A DNA stretch of 64,000 nucleotides, from the IMG/VR virus record IMGVR_UViG_3300045988_105030; one strand, written 5' to 3'. This document shows, in pieces, positions 63,263 through 64,000 of this stretch (position 1 is its first letter; the number at the start of each line of letters is the position of its first letter). The notes under the pieces were generated by a model. That model did not search any database. It was given only the letters and a program-made list of their open reading frames with translations, and was not told where the DNA came from. This DNA comes from a virus. The position numbers and the translations under genes were made by a program.

Positions 63263-63393
63263 TGGAAAATCTGTTGCAAAACATCGCCAGCGGTTTGTGG
63301 ATCGCGTTGAGCGTGTACTGTTTCTTCGAATTTAGGAAGTGGAACAAGCGATTCAGTGAGCTGTATGACGAACTGAAATGGGAGGTGGAGTGA
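63262..63393 (+). CDS. 43-aa membrane peptide
   Basis: MENLLQNIASGLWIALSVYCFFEF... Coupled at both ends (TGATG). Confidence 0.3.
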   Translation: MENLLQNIASGLWIALSVYCFFEFRKWNKRFSELYDELKWEVE

Positions 63394-63602
63394 TGGTTAA
63401 AGTGTTCTGTGATATGTGCGGGCGCGAGATTGACTATGAGGTTGACGGCGTGAATCTGGATTTCAACCACTACGGCGTTGTAAATTTTAAGACACCATTT
63501 TCTGCGGATAAACAACTGTGCCTCTCCTGCGCGGCCAGAGTCTGCAACTTTGTGGAGAATTCCGCGAAGATGGACGGAGGTGACAACAATGCGGCTGATT
63601 GA
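63393..63602 (+). CDS. small Zn-ribbon protein
   Basis: MVKVFCDMCGREI...CLSCAARV. Ends SAKMDGGDNNAAD. Confidence 0.45.
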   Translation: MVKVFCDMCGREIDYEVDGVNLDFNHYGVVNFKTPFSADKQLCLSCAARVCNFVENSAKMDGGDNNAAD

Positions 63603-63846
63603 TGGTGACAAACTGAAAGAGTTTCCCATTCGGGCAAACCATTGTGACAAAGAACACGCCAACACGCATTTCATCAACGGTATCGAGTCGGTGATGGAGT
63701 ATGCAGAGCAGCTCCCCACCGTAGACGCAGAGGTCGTGGTGCGCTGCAAGGACTGCTATCAATCAGTGGTGATCGGAAATGTCCTGCACTGCACCTATTG
63801 GAGAAAGGACACGGACGAAAACGGATATTGCCACGAGGGAGGATAA
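63589..63846 (+). CDS. hypothetical Cys-rich protein
   Basis: ATG 63589 after GGAGGTGA. 85 aa. Confidence 0.45.
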   Translation: MRLIDGDKLKEFPIRANHCDKEHANTHFINGIESVMEYAEQLPTVDAEVVVRCKDCYQSVVIGNVLHCTYWRKDTDENGYCHEGG

Positions 63847-63850
63847 GCCA

Positions 63851-64000
63851 ATGGCTGAATACTTGGACCGGGAAGCGTTTAAGAAAAGCGTTGAGGAGCG
63901 TTATTGTAAGCCGTGTAAGGCGGAGGGAAAAGACCACAACGGATGCTGGTGTCGTGCCTGTTGGGTTGACGATATGCTCGATGAGGTAGATTGTTTCCAG
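63851..64000 (+). CDS. hypothetical Cys-rich protein, 3' end off window
   Basis: ATG 63851. The frame is open to the window end (MAEYLDREAFKKSVEERYCKPCKAEG...). Confidence 0.4.
   Translation, partial: MAEYLDREAFKKSVEERYCKPCKAEGKDHNGCWCRACWVDDMLDEVDCFQ

Noticed and set aside
1-64000. I looked for CRISPR arrays, rRNA genes, transposase/IS elements and reverse transcriptase (retron or DGR).
   Set aside because: I found no regularly spaced repeat-spacer array, no rRNA-like sequence, and no DDE/IS or RT motifs in any credible ORF.

Overview
GC-rich DNA with Firmicutes/Clostridia-style signals (AGGAGG-type ribosome-binding sites, ATGA-coupled genes). Almost the whole window reads as temperate siphovirus-type phage sequence, and I see no unambiguous host housekeeping block. 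(1) 1-26.6 kb, plus strand: late operon running TerL (5' end off window), portal, scaffold-like, capsid, head/tail completion genes, Ig-domain major tail protein, 1383-aa tape measure, tail tip/fibre genes, CBM-like protein, holin, amidase-SPOR endolysin. (2) 26.7-47.3 kb: a ~20-kb accessory region, mostly minus strand. It holds a tyrosine recombinase, Rha antirepressor, RHH protein, cysteine desulfurase, HU, and a 1.7-kb ORF-free RNA locus (two canonical tRNAs plus aberrant tRNA-like modules). It continues with Zn-ribbon membrane proteins, an N6-type methyltransferase and many small unknown genes. A divergent operator region follows, then ~1 kb of non-coding DNA with a T-depleted tract, then a plus-strand run of small Zn-ribbon proteins (two Lar-like) ending in a 3D-domain protein. 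(3) 47.29-47.54 kb: an attP-like site, with a tRNA-Ala/tmRNA-type 3'-end core flanked on both sides by TTCGACACG arm repeats, next to a second integrase. (4) 47.5-64 kb: lysogeny and early module. It contains two XRE repressors, a Cro-like protein, YqaJ exonuclease, DUF1351-like protein, recT split by a group I intron carrying a GIY-YIG endonuclease, SSB-like protein, replisome organizer, DnaB and DUF1064. It also has a C5-cytosine methyltransferase that carries a LAGLIDADG intein and has circularly permuted motif order, a Dam-type N6 methyltransferase and small Zn-ribbon genes. Most interesting items: the tRNA-like/structured RNA locus, the permuted intein-bearing methyltransferase, the recT intron, the intact attP-like architecture, and a 21-nt promoter motif shared by four accessory-region transcription units. 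All functional calls come from motif recognition and gene order by eye; no database search was run.
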